A stretch of DNA of 64,000 nt from contig JASTWF010000362.1 of the NCBI GenBank assembly GCA_030390025.1, forward strand, positions 310,001 through 374,000. The letters are read 5' to 3'. Positions 11,743 to 23,624 of this stretch are shown piece by piece. The notes beneath the pieces were generated by a model. It worked only from the letters and a program-made list of their open reading frames with translations. It searched no databases and was not told the origin of the DNA. How positions within the stretch are numbered: position 1 is the stretch's first letter; every line of letters begins with the position of its first letter. The translations under genes were made by a program, and so were the position numbers. This DNA comes from Squalus acanthias. Its lineage: Eukaryota.

Positions 11743-12215
11743 ACATAAGAACTTAAGAATTAGGAGCAGGAGTCGGCCATACGGCCCCTCGAGCCTGCTC
11801 CGCCATTTAATAAAATCATGGCTGATCTTCGACCCCAACTCCACTTTCCCGCCCGATCCCCATATCCCTCGATTCCCCTAGAGTTCAAAAATCTATCGGT
11901 CTCAGTCTTGAATATACTCAAAGACTCAGCATTCACAGCCCTCTGGGGTAGAGAATTCCAAAGATTCACAACCCTCTGAGTGAAGAAATTCCTCCTCATC
12001 TCAGTCCTAAATGGCTGACCCCGTATCCTGAGACTGTGCCCCCTGGTTCTAGACTCTCCAGCCAGGGGAAACAACCTCTCAGCATCTACCCTGTCAATCC
12101 CCCTCAGAATCTTATATGTTTCAATGAGATCACCTCTCATTCTTCTAAACTCCAGAGAGTATAGGCTCAATCTACTCAATCTCTCCTCATAGGACAACCC
12201 TCTCATTCCAGGAAT
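11743..12215 (-). mobile_element. CR1 LINE 3' fragment
   Basis: ORF 11760-12218 GLSYEERLSRL...FFTQRVVNLWNSLPQ. Confidence 0.9.
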
Positions 12216-12457
12216 CATTCCAGTTGGGGTTGGAACTGGGGCTGGTGTTGTGGATGGGGTTGGGATTGGGGTTGGGGTAAGTACTGGGGTTTGGTGTTGG
12301 GATTTGTGCTGGGTCTGGTATTGGGGCTGGGGTAAGTATTGGGTTTGGGGTTGGGGTAAGTACTGGGGTTTGCTGGGATTGGGGCTGATGTCATTGGGAT
12401 TGGGCTGGGTTTGGGGTTGGGGCTGGGGTAAGTACTGGGTTTGGGCTAGGGTACTGG

Positions 12458-13178
12458 TGAAGAGTTAACTAGGACCTTGTACATTTATATCGTTGGGACA
12501 TTGTGAATTTAAAATGAAAAGGCAGCCTGTACAGAAATCGATGCAAAAGCCCAAATATAACTGATAAGAACAAAATGAGTAAACTTAAACAATCCCTGAA
12601 TAAAGACTGCTGCCATTAGAAATCGTTGGGACGGCCGAGACATGTCTGTGTGAAGCAGGACTTCGAGAAAGTTTGGACACTGATAAGAGCAGCCTACGCA
12701 TTCCAGTCTGGAACAAGTGCGTTAGAAGGACAGGCTGTGGGTGAAGGGTTGCACCTGGTTTAACCGCTAGGGAAGTTGAGTGACACCAAACAGTCAAGTG
12801 TCCATCATTAACACCGAGCAACGGTGGGTGATTGATTGGGCAAAACAGATCTTCCCCGAACTTTTACTTGCGCCTCAACTGGCAGAAGCAACATAAAAGG
12901 AAGACACTGGGGCAGGTGTGTCGCTGCAGTCGGAGGAGCCCTCGGAAGCTTCGCTGAGAGGACGGACGTCCAAGAAAAAGAAGAAACAACTTCAAGATCT
13001 ACAAGGGAGCCGGTCGCTCTACTGCCTTGATGCGGAGATCCTTGCGTTTGAAGGTTGTGTGTATTGCTTGCTGCTGCCTTTATGCTGTGTGGAAATGCGA
13101 ATGGTACAGAGTGGAGTGACTTTCTTTGGCGGGCGACTATCCAGGTTCACGAATCACTGAAACATCTGTATCCCTACA
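12458..13178. mobile_element. Solo LTR (721 bp) with 4-bp TSD
   Basis: Starts TG(AAG), ends (CTA)CA; CTGG at 12454-12457 and 13179-13182; removal restores the flanking repeat GTACTGGGGTTTGG. Confidence 0.7.
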
Positions 13179-13289
13179 CTGGGGTTTGGTGTTGAGTTTG
13201 GGTTCGGTGTTGGGGTAGGTACCGGGGGGTTGGGTCTTGGGATGGAATTAGGGTTGGTGTTGGGTTTGCGGTTGGTGTTGTGTTTTTTT

Positions 13290-14050
13290 TTGTTTGTTTC
13301 TGGGATGAGGGTGTCGCTGGCAAGGCCAGCATTTATTGCCCATCCCTAATTGCCCTTTGAGAAGGTGCTGCTGAGCCGCCTTCTTGAACCGCTGCAGTCC
13401 GTGTGGTGAAGGTACTCCCACAGTGCTGTTAGGGAGGGAGTGCCAGGATTTTGACCCAGCGACGATGATGGAACGGCGATATATTTCCATGTCTGGATGG
13501 TGTGTGACTTGGAGGGGAACTTGGAGGTGGTGGTGTTCCCATGCGCCTGCTGCCCTTGTCCTTCTAGGTGGTAGAGGTCGTGGGTTTGGGAGGTGCTGCT
13601 GAAGAATCCTTGGCGAGTTGCTGCAGTGCATCTTGTAGATGGTACGCACTGCAGCCACGGTACGCCGGTGGTGGAGGGAGTGAATGTTTAAGGTGGTGGA
13701 TGCGGTGCCAGTTAAGTGGGCTGCTTTGTCCTGGATGGTGTCGAGCTTGTTGAGTGTTGTTGGAGCTGCACTCATTCAGGCAAGTGGAGAGTATTCCATC
13801 ACACTCCTTACTTGTGCCTTGTAGATGGTGGAAAGTCTTTGGGGAGTCAGGAGGTGAGACACTCGCCACAGAATACCTAGCCTCTGACCTGCTCTTGTTG
13901 CCACATTATTTATGTGGCTGGTCCAGTTAAGTTTCTGGTCAATGGTGACCAGGATGTTGATTACTTGCCACTTATCAGCCCAAGTCTGAATGTCGCCCAG
14001 GTCTTGATGCTTGCGGGTAAGGGCTGCTTCATTATTTGAAGAGTAATGAA
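13290..14050 (-). mobile_element. Non-LTR LINE 3' fragment (CR1/L2-group family)
   Basis: LDTIQDKAAHL...SLHHRRTVAA...IYKMH; related pieces at 28085-28580 and 50200-50745. Confidence 0.8.
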
Positions 14051-14780
14051 GGGTTTGGGACTGGGGATGGGGTTAGGATTGGTATTGGGTTTTGGGGTAG
14101 GTACCAGGGGTTTGGGATTGGGTTGGCGTAGGTACCGGGGGTTGGGTTTGGGGCTGGATCCTGGTCTGTGGTTAGGGTTTAGGCTTGGGTTTGGGTTTGG
14201 GGCTGGGGCTGGGTCCGGGACTGGGGTTTGGGTGAGGGTTGGTGTTGACTCCTGGGCTGAGTCCTGGGCTGGGCTGGGGATTGGTGTTGAGTTCTGGGCT
14301 GGGGATTAGGGTTGTGGTTGAGTTCTGGGCTGGGGATTGGAGTTGAGTTCTGGGCTGGGCTGGGGATTAGGGTTGAGTTCTGGGCTGGGGCTGGGGGTTG
14401 GGGTTGAGTTCTGGGCTGGGCTGGGGGTTGGGGTTGAGTTCTGGGCTGGGGATTGGTGTTGAGTTCTGGGCTGGGGCTGGGGGTTGGAGTTGAGTTCTGG
14501 GCTGGGCTGGGGATTAGGGTTGAGTTCTGGGCTGGGGCTGGGGGTTGGGGTTGAGTTCTGGGCTGGGGGTTGGGGTTGAGTTCTGGGCTGGGGCTGGGGG
14601 TTGGGGTTGAGTTCTGGGCTGGGGATTAGGGTTGTGGTTGAGTTCTGGGCTGGGGATTGGAGTTGAGTTCTGGGCTGGGGCTGGGGGTTGGGGTTGAGTT
14701 CTGGGCTGGGCTGGGGATTAGGGTTGAGTTCTGGGCTGGGGCTGGGGGTTGGGGTTGAGTTCTGGGCTGGGCTGGGGCTG
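14050..14780 (+). repeat. G-rich minisatellite (GGGGTTGAGTTCTGGGCTGGGG-like) directly upstream of AIF1L
   Basis: Direct inspection; many G3-G5 runs. Confidence 0.9.
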
Positions 14781-14917
14781 TGCCCGGTACCAGTTGCAGT
14801 TTCTCTCTCTTCCCGCAGCGGGCGTGTCTGCCCCGGGACATTGACTCCAGTGAGAGCCGCGGCTCCCTGCGAGAAACATTCTGGAGCTGGGAGTCTGGGA
14901 CCTCCTCACATCACAAG

Positions 14918-14942
14918 ATGCCTTCGAGACAACAGGCTCAGG
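14918..14942 (+). CDS. AIF1L: Allograft inflammatory factor 1-like, coding exon 1
   Basis: aagATG CCT TCG AGA CAA CAG GCT CAG G|gtaaga = MPSRQQAQ(G); phase fits exon 2. Confidence 0.85.
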
Positions 14943-15039
14943 GTAAGAATTTTTAACTTGCGACCAGTGTCCGGGGAGGGGAAGCGGTCCCTCGGTGAGC
15001 TCCTGGACTGAATCGTCTTTCTCCCATTCACACTTACAG

Positions 15040-15101
15040 GAGGCAAGATGTTCGGATTATTGAGAGCGGAGCAGGAGGAGCGTCTGCACAATGTGAACCA
15101 G
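15040..15101 (+). CDS. AIF1L: AIF1L exon 2
   Basis: ttacag|GA...CAG|gtgagg; GKMFGLLRAEQEERLHNVNQ, cf. human GKAFGLLKARQERRLAEINR. Confidence 0.92.
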
Positions 15102-15435
15102 GTGAGGGACAGTGTGAACCAGGTGAACAGGGACAGTGTGAACAGGGACAGTGGACAGTGAGAGGGATCCAGGGCTCCTCTCCCCTTTGCCTCATGTTTG
15201 TTTCTCGGACCTTGTCTCTGCTTGTTATCTTTGTCTGTCTTTTCCTGTGTGTGAGACTCTCCCTCTTTTACTCTCTCCCCTCTCTCTGTCTCTGTGTCTC
15301 TCTCTTCCTGTGTGTCTTTCTCTCTATTTTACTCTCTCTCTCTTTAGTTTACACTTTCTCTTTCTCTCTCACTCTTTCTTTGCTTTGTCTTTTACTCTCT
15401 CTCGCTTTGTCTATTTTTCTTATACTCTTCTCTTT

Positions 15436-16648
15436 GGGGGAACCAGTGGATGTGGTGTATTTGGATTTTCAGAAGGCGTTCGATAAGGTGCCACACAAGA
15501 GGTTATTAAACAAAATTAGGGCTCATAGGATTGGGGGTAATATACTAGCATGGATTGAGGATTGGTTAACGGACAGAAAACAGAGAGTAGGAATAAACGG
15601 GTCATTTTCGGGTTGGCAGGCTGTAACTAGTGGGGTACCACAAGGATCAGTGCTTGGGCCTCAGCTATTCACAATCTACATCAATGATTTGGATGAGGGG
15701 AACAAATGTAATATATCCAAGTTTGCTGATGATACAAAGCTGGGTGGGAATTTAAGTTGTGAGGAGGATGCAAGGAGGCTTCAAGGGGATATAGACAGAC
15801 TAAGTGAGTGGGCAAGAACATGGCAAATGGAATATAATATGGAGAAATGTGAAGTTATCCACTTTGGTTGGAAAAATAGAAAAGCAGAGTATTTTTCAAA
15901 TGGTGAGAGATTGGGAAATGTTGGTGTTCAGAGGGACCTGGGTGTCCTTGTACAAGAATCACTGAAAGTTAACATGTAGGTACAGCAAGCAATTAGGAAA
16001 GCAAATGGTATGTTGGCCTTTATTACAAGAGGATTTGAGTACAAGAGTAAAGACGTCTTACTGCAATTATATAGGGCCCTGGTGAGACCACACCTGGAGT
16101 ATTGTGTACAGTTTTGGTCTCCTTACCCGAGGAAGGATATACTTGCCATAGAGGGAGTGCAACGAAGGTTCACCAGACTGGTTCCTGGGATGGGGGGATT
16201 GTCCTATGAGGCGAGATTGAGTAGACTAGGCCTATATTCTCTAGAGTTTAGAAAAATGAGAGGTGATCTCATTGAAACATACAAAATTCTTACAGGGCTT
16301 GACAGGGTAGATGCAGGGAGGATGTTTCCCCTGGCTGGGGAGTCTAGAACCAGGGGTCACAGTCTCAGAATAAGGGGTCGGCCATTTAGGACTGAGATGA
16401 GGAGAGATTTCTTCACTCAGAGGGTGGTGAATCTTTGGAATTCTCTACCCCAGAGGTGCTGTGAAGACTCAGTCGTTGAGTATATTCAAGACAGAGATCG
16501 ATGGATTTTTGAATATTAAGGGAATCAAGGGATATGGGGATAGTGCAGGAAAGTGGAGATGAGGTAGAAGATCAGCCATGATCTTATTGAATGGCGGAGC
16601 AGTCTCGAGGGGCCGAATGGCCGACTCCTGCTCCTAATTCTTATGTTC
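15436..16648 (+). mobile_element. CR1 LINE RT-to-3' end fragment flanked by CT-rich tracts
   Basis: [30 protein letters not shown] motifs; in-frame stop near 15977. Confidence 0.92.
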
Positions 16649-16689
16649 TTTCTTTCTCTCCCTGTCTCTCTCTTTTTCTCTTGCTTTTA

Positions 16690-16723
<34 letters not shown>

Positions 16724-17377
16724 TCTCTTTCTCTTACTTCTCTCTTTCTTACTTTCTTTCTGTCTCTTTCTCGTTCTCTGTCTCTCTCTTACTTTTACTT
16801 TCTCTCTCTCATTTACTTACTTTCTTTCTATCTTTCCTTTTCTCTCTCTCTCTGTCTCTCTTTCTCTTTCTTTTACTTTCTCTCTCTTTCTCTCTCTCTC
16901 TCTGTCCTCCCCTCTATCTCTCTTTAAATAACATGTTTAAAACGACGCTGCTGATTCCCGAGCTCGGTCAGTCAGTGTGAAACACCCCGTCAGATCTTGA
17001 TGACTTTTCCTGAAGTTATGCCACACCCAGCGTTTGTTCTGAACTTAAATTTGCCTTCACTTTGTTCTGTCTAATTGTTTTATCAAAATTAAACTCCAGT
17101 GACTATCTGACCTAGAACAGTAACCAAGTCCCACTTTCACCAGCCGCTGTTGGCCAATAAGGGGTTTTGGGCTGGATTCTCGAGGCCAGGGCTGTCTCTG
17201 AGTTTACTGTATGGATTGAACCCATCACAGGACAAGCCTCGGGTAGCTGTGCAGCTCCCAGTCCTGTCACTGTCTCTTTGCCCCTGGTGCTGGCTTCATT
17301 TCCCTACAGTAGCACTGTGCTTCTGGGTCAGTCAGCAACTGGTTGCAGACATAGATACAACTACTGGGGGAGGGGGA

Positions 17378-17850
17378 AAGAAAGAAAGACTTTGCATTTG
17401 TACAGCACTTTTCACGACCACTGGACGTCTCAAAGCACTTTACACCAATGAAGTACTATTTGAAGTGGAGTCGCTGTTGTAATGTAGGAAATGCGGCAGC
17501 CAATCTGCGCACAGCAAGCTCCCACAAACAGCAACGTGATAATGACCAGATCATCTGTTTTAGTGACTTTGGTTGAATGATAAATATTGTCCAGGACACC
17601 GGGGATAACTCCCCTGCTCTTCTTCCAAATAGTGGCCATGGGATCTTTTACGTCCACCTGAGAGAGCAGACGGGGCCTCAGTTTAACGTCTCATCTGAAA
17701 GACGGCACCTCCGACAGTGCAGCACTCCCTCAGCACTGCACTGGGAATATCAGCCTAGATTTTTGTGCTCCAGTCTCTGGAGTGGGACTCGAACCCACAA
17801 CCTCCATGACTCAGAGGTGAGGGTGCTGCCCACTGAGCCACGGCTGACGC
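17378..17850 (-). mobile_element. Full-length Deu-SINE
   Basis: Reverse complement of head, Deu core and tail. Confidence 0.85.
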
Positions 17851-18555
17851 TGTGGAGGGGTGGTGGGGAGGGGGTGTTTCTTACATTACATCAGTGCCTG
17901 CTCTTCAAAAGTACCTCATTGTCTGCTGGGAGCTTTGGGACGTACTGAGGTTGTGAAAGGCGCTATATAAATGCAAGTTCTTTGTCCTTTGTTTCTAGCA
18001 TGTGATTGCTCAATGGATTTATCATTGTACACATCGCTGGAGCTGGCCTGGAGCATTGCAGTACCAGCTGGGTTAAGTGTGTGCTGTGCGGCACAGGCAC
18101 TTAGCAATGCAAATATGCTGTGCGAGGGCCAGAAATTGGCGACTGTATCCGAGCTCTGATCTATCCTTAGTGCTGCGATGTTGGGCTCCAGTAAAAAAGT
18201 TCCTTTATCCAAAATGTTTCACAAAACCCTGTTGTGTAGGTGCAGCAGTTTAACCTCTTCATATCCCAAAACTGGGCCCGTCTTCTACACATATGGCATC
18301 TCCGGCCATTTCGTAGAAACTTACAGCACAGAAGGAGGCCATTCGGCCCATTGTGCCTGTGCTGGCTCTTTGAACGAGCAGTCGTGCTCAGTCCCACTCC
18401 CCTGCTTTTTGTCCGTAACCCTGTCAGTTCCTCTTCCTCCGGTACCCGTCCAACTCCCTTTTACAATTATTGATGGAATCAGCTTCCACCACCTGTTCAG
18501 GTCGAGTGTTCCCGATCCCCACAACTCTCTGAGTGAAAAAAGTTTTCCTCACCTC

Positions 18556-18695
18556 CAGTGTTCCATGTAACTTTTTTTTGGGTGCACGTGGTCCCTTTAA
18601 CAGGCTGTGTGGCCCATTCAAATTTTCGCTCAAGCGCGGTTTCTCGCGGGACCTCCAGACCGCTGCGTGGCTACGGAGCTTAGTGGGGAATGTTG
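18556..18695. mobile_element. hAT-type MITE inserted in a CR1
   Basis: TIRs CAGTGTTCC / GGAATGTTG; TSD CTCACCTC / CTCATCTC. Confidence 0.8.
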
Positions 18696-18831
18696 CTCAT
18701 CTCCCCTCTAGATCTTTTGCCAATGATTTTGAATCAATGACCTCTGGTTATTGACCCACTCGCCAGAGGGAATAGTTTTTTCTCTCTCTACTCTATCAAA
18801 ACCTCTCATCATCTTGAAAACCTCTATTAGG

Positions 18832-19944
18832 GGGCAAGGTACTGACTTGGATAGAGAACTGGTTGGCAGACAGGAAGCAAAGAGTTGGAATAAACGGGTC
18901 TTTTTCCGAGTGGCAGGCAATGACTAGTGGGGTACCGCAGGGATCGGTCCTAGGACCCCAGTTATTCACAATATATATTAATGATCTAGACGAGGGAACT
19001 AGATGTAATATCTCCAAGTTTGCAGACGACACAAAGCTGGGTGGGCGTGTGTGCTGTGAGGAGGATGCAGAGAAACTCCAATATGATTTGGACAGGTTGG
19101 GTGATTGGGCAGATGCATGGCAGATGTAGTATAATGTGGATAAATGCGAGGTTATCCACTTTGGTGGCAAAAACAGGAAGGCAGATTATTATCTGAACGG
19201 TAATAGATTGGGAAAAGGGGAAGTGCAACGAGACCTGGGTGTCCTTGTGCACCAGTCGCTGAAGGTAAGCATGCAGGTGCAGCAGGCGGTTAAGAAGGCA
19301 AATGGTATGCTGGCCTTCATAGCGAGAGGATTCGAGTACAGGAGCAAAGATGTCTTGCTGCAGTTGTACAAGGCCTTGGTGAGACCACACCTTGAGTATT
19401 GTGTCCAGTTTTGGTCACCTTATCTGAGGAAGGATGTTCTTGCTATGGAGGGAGTGCAGCGAAGATTCACCAGACTGATCCCTGGGATGGCAGGAATGAC
19501 GTATGAAGAGAGATTGGGTCGATTGGGCTTGTATATGCTAGAGTTTAGAAGAATGAGAGGGGATCTCATTGAAACTTATAAAATTCTAACAGGACTAGAC
19601 AGACTAGATGCAGGAAGGATGTTCCCGATGGCGGGTGAGTCCAGAACCAGGGGTCACAGTCTAAGGATAAGGGGTAAGCCATTTAGGACTGAGATGAGGA
19701 GGAATTTCTTCACCCAGAGAGTGGTGAACCTGTGGAATTCTCGACCACAGAAGGCAGTTGAGGCCAATTCATTAAATATATTCAAGAAGGAGTTGGATAT
19801 ATTTCTTAAGGCTAAAGGGATCAAGGGATATGGGGAGAAAGCAGGGACAGGGTACTGAATTTGGATGATCAGCCATGATCGCATTGAATGGCGGAGCAGG
19901 TTCGAGGGGCCGAATGGCCTACTCCTGCTCCTATCTTCTATGTT
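18832..19944 (+). mobile_element. Young 5'-truncated CR1 nested in an older minus-strand CR1 (18314-20066)
   Basis: Near-intact RT C-terminal ORFs; TCTATTAGG duplicated at 18823-18831 and 19945-19953. Confidence 0.9.
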
Positions 19945-21781
19945 TCTATTAGGTCCCCTCTTAACCTTCTCTGTTCCAAGAGAACAGTCCTAACTCTTCC
20001 AACCTCTCCTCATAACTGAAGTCCCTCATCCCTGGTAACAACCTGGTAAACCTCCTCTGTACCCTTTCGAAAGACCATTTGCACGGAAACAATTTATAGA
20101 TAAGGACCTAGAAATTAGACCGCACGGACTCCGTATTTCGGGCGCTACTTGGACTACTGAGGCCCCAATATGGTGGGCTGGAAGCGTGCCCACGTTTCTG
20201 GTCAGAAGTGCGGCATCCGCCATATTGGGGAAGGACAAATAAGAGGCGTCCTTTACCCACGCCTAAAGCAGGCGTTGGGCATAAACAAATAAGGGGCCGT
20301 TATAATGCCTGCTTGAAGCTCCCCTGTCTGAGACGGGGTCACCCTGAGGCAGCCAGCACCATCGTAAGCCACCCTCGGGGAAAATCGAGCCTGGGGATCA
20401 CCTGCAACAGAGAGAGTAAGTAACTTACCTTCTGAAAAATGGGCACGCCCAAATTTCTGGCAGTTTATAGAAGGGCAGGAGTGTGACAATGTGTAATGTG
20501 CGATACATTCTGCTGCGAAGGTAGAGAGTTGTGAGCTTTTAAGTCTAATCATTGTGCAAACAGAGCCTCGGGTCAGTCAGAGTTCAATTGTTTGGTGAGG
20601 AGTTGTGCAGCTTGCAAATTGCTCGTAAGTTTCGAGCTGGAGGTCAGAAGGACCCAGCATTAAGTGACTGACTTTCTCCTTTTTGTAAGATTGTTTTGTA
20701 TGTGTGGCACAGTGCGACAGATATTGCTGCAAGATGTGTTTTGTCTCACGTGCTCCGTGTTTCTCTCAAAAAAGATATTTATAAGAAAAGGGAAAGAGCC
20801 AATCCTTTCCACAGGACAGAGACACTTCCCCACCAACAGGAAGTACTTTCCAGAGGATTCCTGGAGTCTCATTCTAAAAATAAAATGTATTAAAAGAAAG
20901 CCAATTGTCCTCTAATTGACCCGCGAATCAGCCTAAGAGCAATTAGCCTCTAACTGACCCAGGAAGGCATCTTGTGGCCTGAAAGGATTATACGATGGTA
21001 CACACAGCTACAGTTCAGCAGCAGAATAACGCATTGCATGTTACATGGCCTAATGTTTGCGTCCTTATAAAACACTGCAACGTGAGCAATGCCACAGGAT
21101 ATCGTCTAGTTCAACGTAATTTCGACATTTCTGAGCACGATATATAAATGCAATACTTTGGTTTTGCTAGAGTAAATAAAGAGAAACTGTTTCCACTGGC
21201 AGGTGAGTGGGTGACCAGAGGACACAGATTTAAGGTAATTGGCAAAAGAACCAGTGGGCAGATGAGGAGAAATGTTTTTTAGCAGCGTGTTGTTGTGATC
21301 TGGAATGCGCTGCCTGAAAGGGCGGCGGAAGCAGATTCAATAGTAACTTTCAAAAGGAAATTAGATATAGACTTGAAAAGGAAAAATTTGCAGGGTTATG
21401 GGGAAAGAGCAGGGGGGAGTGGGACTAATTGGATAGCTCTTTCAAAGAGCCGGCCACAGGCACGATGGGCCGAATGGCTTCATTCTGTGCTGTACGATTC
21501 GATGAAGCAACAGAAAAGCCTCAAACATCCGTCTCTCTGATGGCCAGCTCAGTGTCGTTGCTCAGTTGGCTCGGATTTTGGGACACACTTTGCTGGACTC
21601 TCAATCAACGTTGAGTGCAGGAGCCTCGAGGATCTCTTCAAATTCTACACAGAAGCACGGGCAGGGGACCTTCCTCCGACAGAAACGTAACCCAACCATT
21701 CAGTCCTTCTCGCTTCCTGTAGGTTTGCTCATAACTTTGCAGTGATCAACAGCTACTTTTCCTATCTCTGTCGGTGGGCAC

Positions 21782-22010
21782 TGATGTAAGAAAACTACTC
21801 GGCACTTGGTCTAAGCGTTAAACAAAGCTTTAATCAACTGTTTTTCAACATGGAGATCTAGTTGTGTCCTTCACTAGTTCCTGTTAAAGAATGTCCTGAG
21901 CAAGCTGGGCCCATGCCCGAGTATTTATACTCTCCCTGGACAGCGCCACCAGCAGGCCGCCCAGTATTATTTCATAAGTAATTTCCGCATGAATGACAAG
22001 ATTCATGTCA
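21782..22010 (-). mobile_element. Short solo LTR (229 bp) with 5-bp TSD
   Basis: TGA...TCA ends; GGCAC at 21777-21781 and 22011-22015; minus-strand TATAAATA (21922-21929) followed by ATTAAA (21829-21834). Confidence 0.7.
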
Positions 22011-22189
22011 GGCACGACGGCCTGACTCATTTTTACTCATGTTGTGCCGGGGGAATGTACTGCACCCCCTCAAAGCCATATTGTTCCCTCTTGCCTTTTT
22101 TTAAAAAAAACATCGTATCTACACACTCTTCCCTTGTGCGAAGTATGGAAGGATTCGTCGGCTGATTAACCGTCTGACAGACCGTGAAC

Positions 22190-22457
22190 CAATGTTCCCC
22201 CAAAGGTGCACGGTCCCTTTAACTGGCTGCGCGGCCCATTAAAATTTTCGCGCACGACACGGTTTCTTCCATCGGACGGCCGGTGAGCGGCCTGCGCGGG
22301 ACTCCAGACCGGCGCGGAGCTTAGCGGGAATGTCGTTGCGCGGCCGCCCACCGGTCGCGAGGTCCCGCGCTGGTCAATCGCTGCCGCCGGAAGCGAATAC
22401 CGTGCAGCAAATTTAAAGGGCCCACCCAGGGAATAAAAAAAATTCGAGGGAACATTG
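22190..22457. mobile_element. Composite hAT-type MITE (two head-to-head halves)
   Basis: CAATGTTCCC...GGGAACATTG; flanks CCGTGAAC / CGGTGGAC. Confidence 0.75.
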
Positions 22458-23624
22458 CGGTGGACACTCCGTCCAGGGCTGTCACCGTCTGTACACCAGC
22501 TCAAAGATTGGCCCCGCGTGGGGCAGGGGGCACCCACAACCCGTGCGACGTGGGGCTGGGGGCGGCACCAACACCCACCGCACTCTGGTACCCCGTCGGA
22601 GGCCCACCTGGAATTCCGAGCCGGGATTGTCCGGAGCGGGTGCTTGAACCCGGCGCCCTCCGACCCCGGAGGCAGGAACGCCACCACTGACCCCAAAGGC
22701 TCGCACCGATGCCGCAACGCCTTACAAATGCTGAACGGGAGCTGTGAAGGGCGACAAGAAAATGCTGGCACTTAGTGCTGGTAAAGGGCTGAGTCGAGGT
22801 GATTAATTGTGACCAACCACTGCACATTGCAGAGGAGAACAATGGCTCGAGGCAGTGAGGTGACAGCTGTAGCATCCTGTTGCTCCGATTAAGACTGGTC
22901 TCGGGATGCGTACTGGCGCCTGGGCGGTCTTGGCTCAGTTGTGGGCACGTTCATTTGGAACAAAGCAAAAGCCCCCCCCGCCCCCCCCCAACACTCCATC
23001 ACAGCAGCACACCCCAGAATGATGTTACAAACTGCAGAAGGGAAACAGAAAGTGGACTCGTGGGCGGGCGGTGGGAAGCGCTTGGAGCGGAGAATCTACT
23101 CCAGCCCGTTACCAGCTTTACCTGGCATGCTTTAGAATTCTCCCTGGCATGGAAGCCAGTCCTGAGCCGGGCGGCTATTGCTTACACTGGCACTGGGTCG
23201 GAGCTCACGAGCTGGCCTGAGTGCCCGGCATTGTGGAGGTCAGATCTCGGGGGGGGGGGGGCTGGTCCCGAGTTCCAAAAGATGTGGCGGGAGGTTGGCA
23301 CTGAGTGACACGGAGGTGAATGAGAAGCTGTTGTCAAGCCATGAACTCGAGGAGGCTCCGGCTGCAGAATAAAAACCAACTTATTCGAGTTTTTTGAGCC
23401 AGTCACGGGAGTCTCGAACGTTAAAGCATCGTGGGTTCCTTAGCGCAGGGGATGCAGTTAGATTGTAGATGAGTCGCCCAACTGGATGGTCGCTGTGTAT
23501 GACGGGCGGGCACTTCCCTGAATGATTCCAAAGCTCGGATCTCTCGGCTCTGCCAGTCCTCCGCAACCTACTCTTATCCAATGAAGTTACTGAGCCTGGT
23601 GACCGGCTGTCTTTATGCTGCACA

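Noticed and set aside
14165..14195. Interstitial telomeric repeat
   Set aside because: Only isolated TTAGGG hexamers within a degenerate G-rich tract
21940..21960. CTCF site within the short LTR
   Set aside because: GCGCCACCAGCAGG mismatches the core consensus at two important positions
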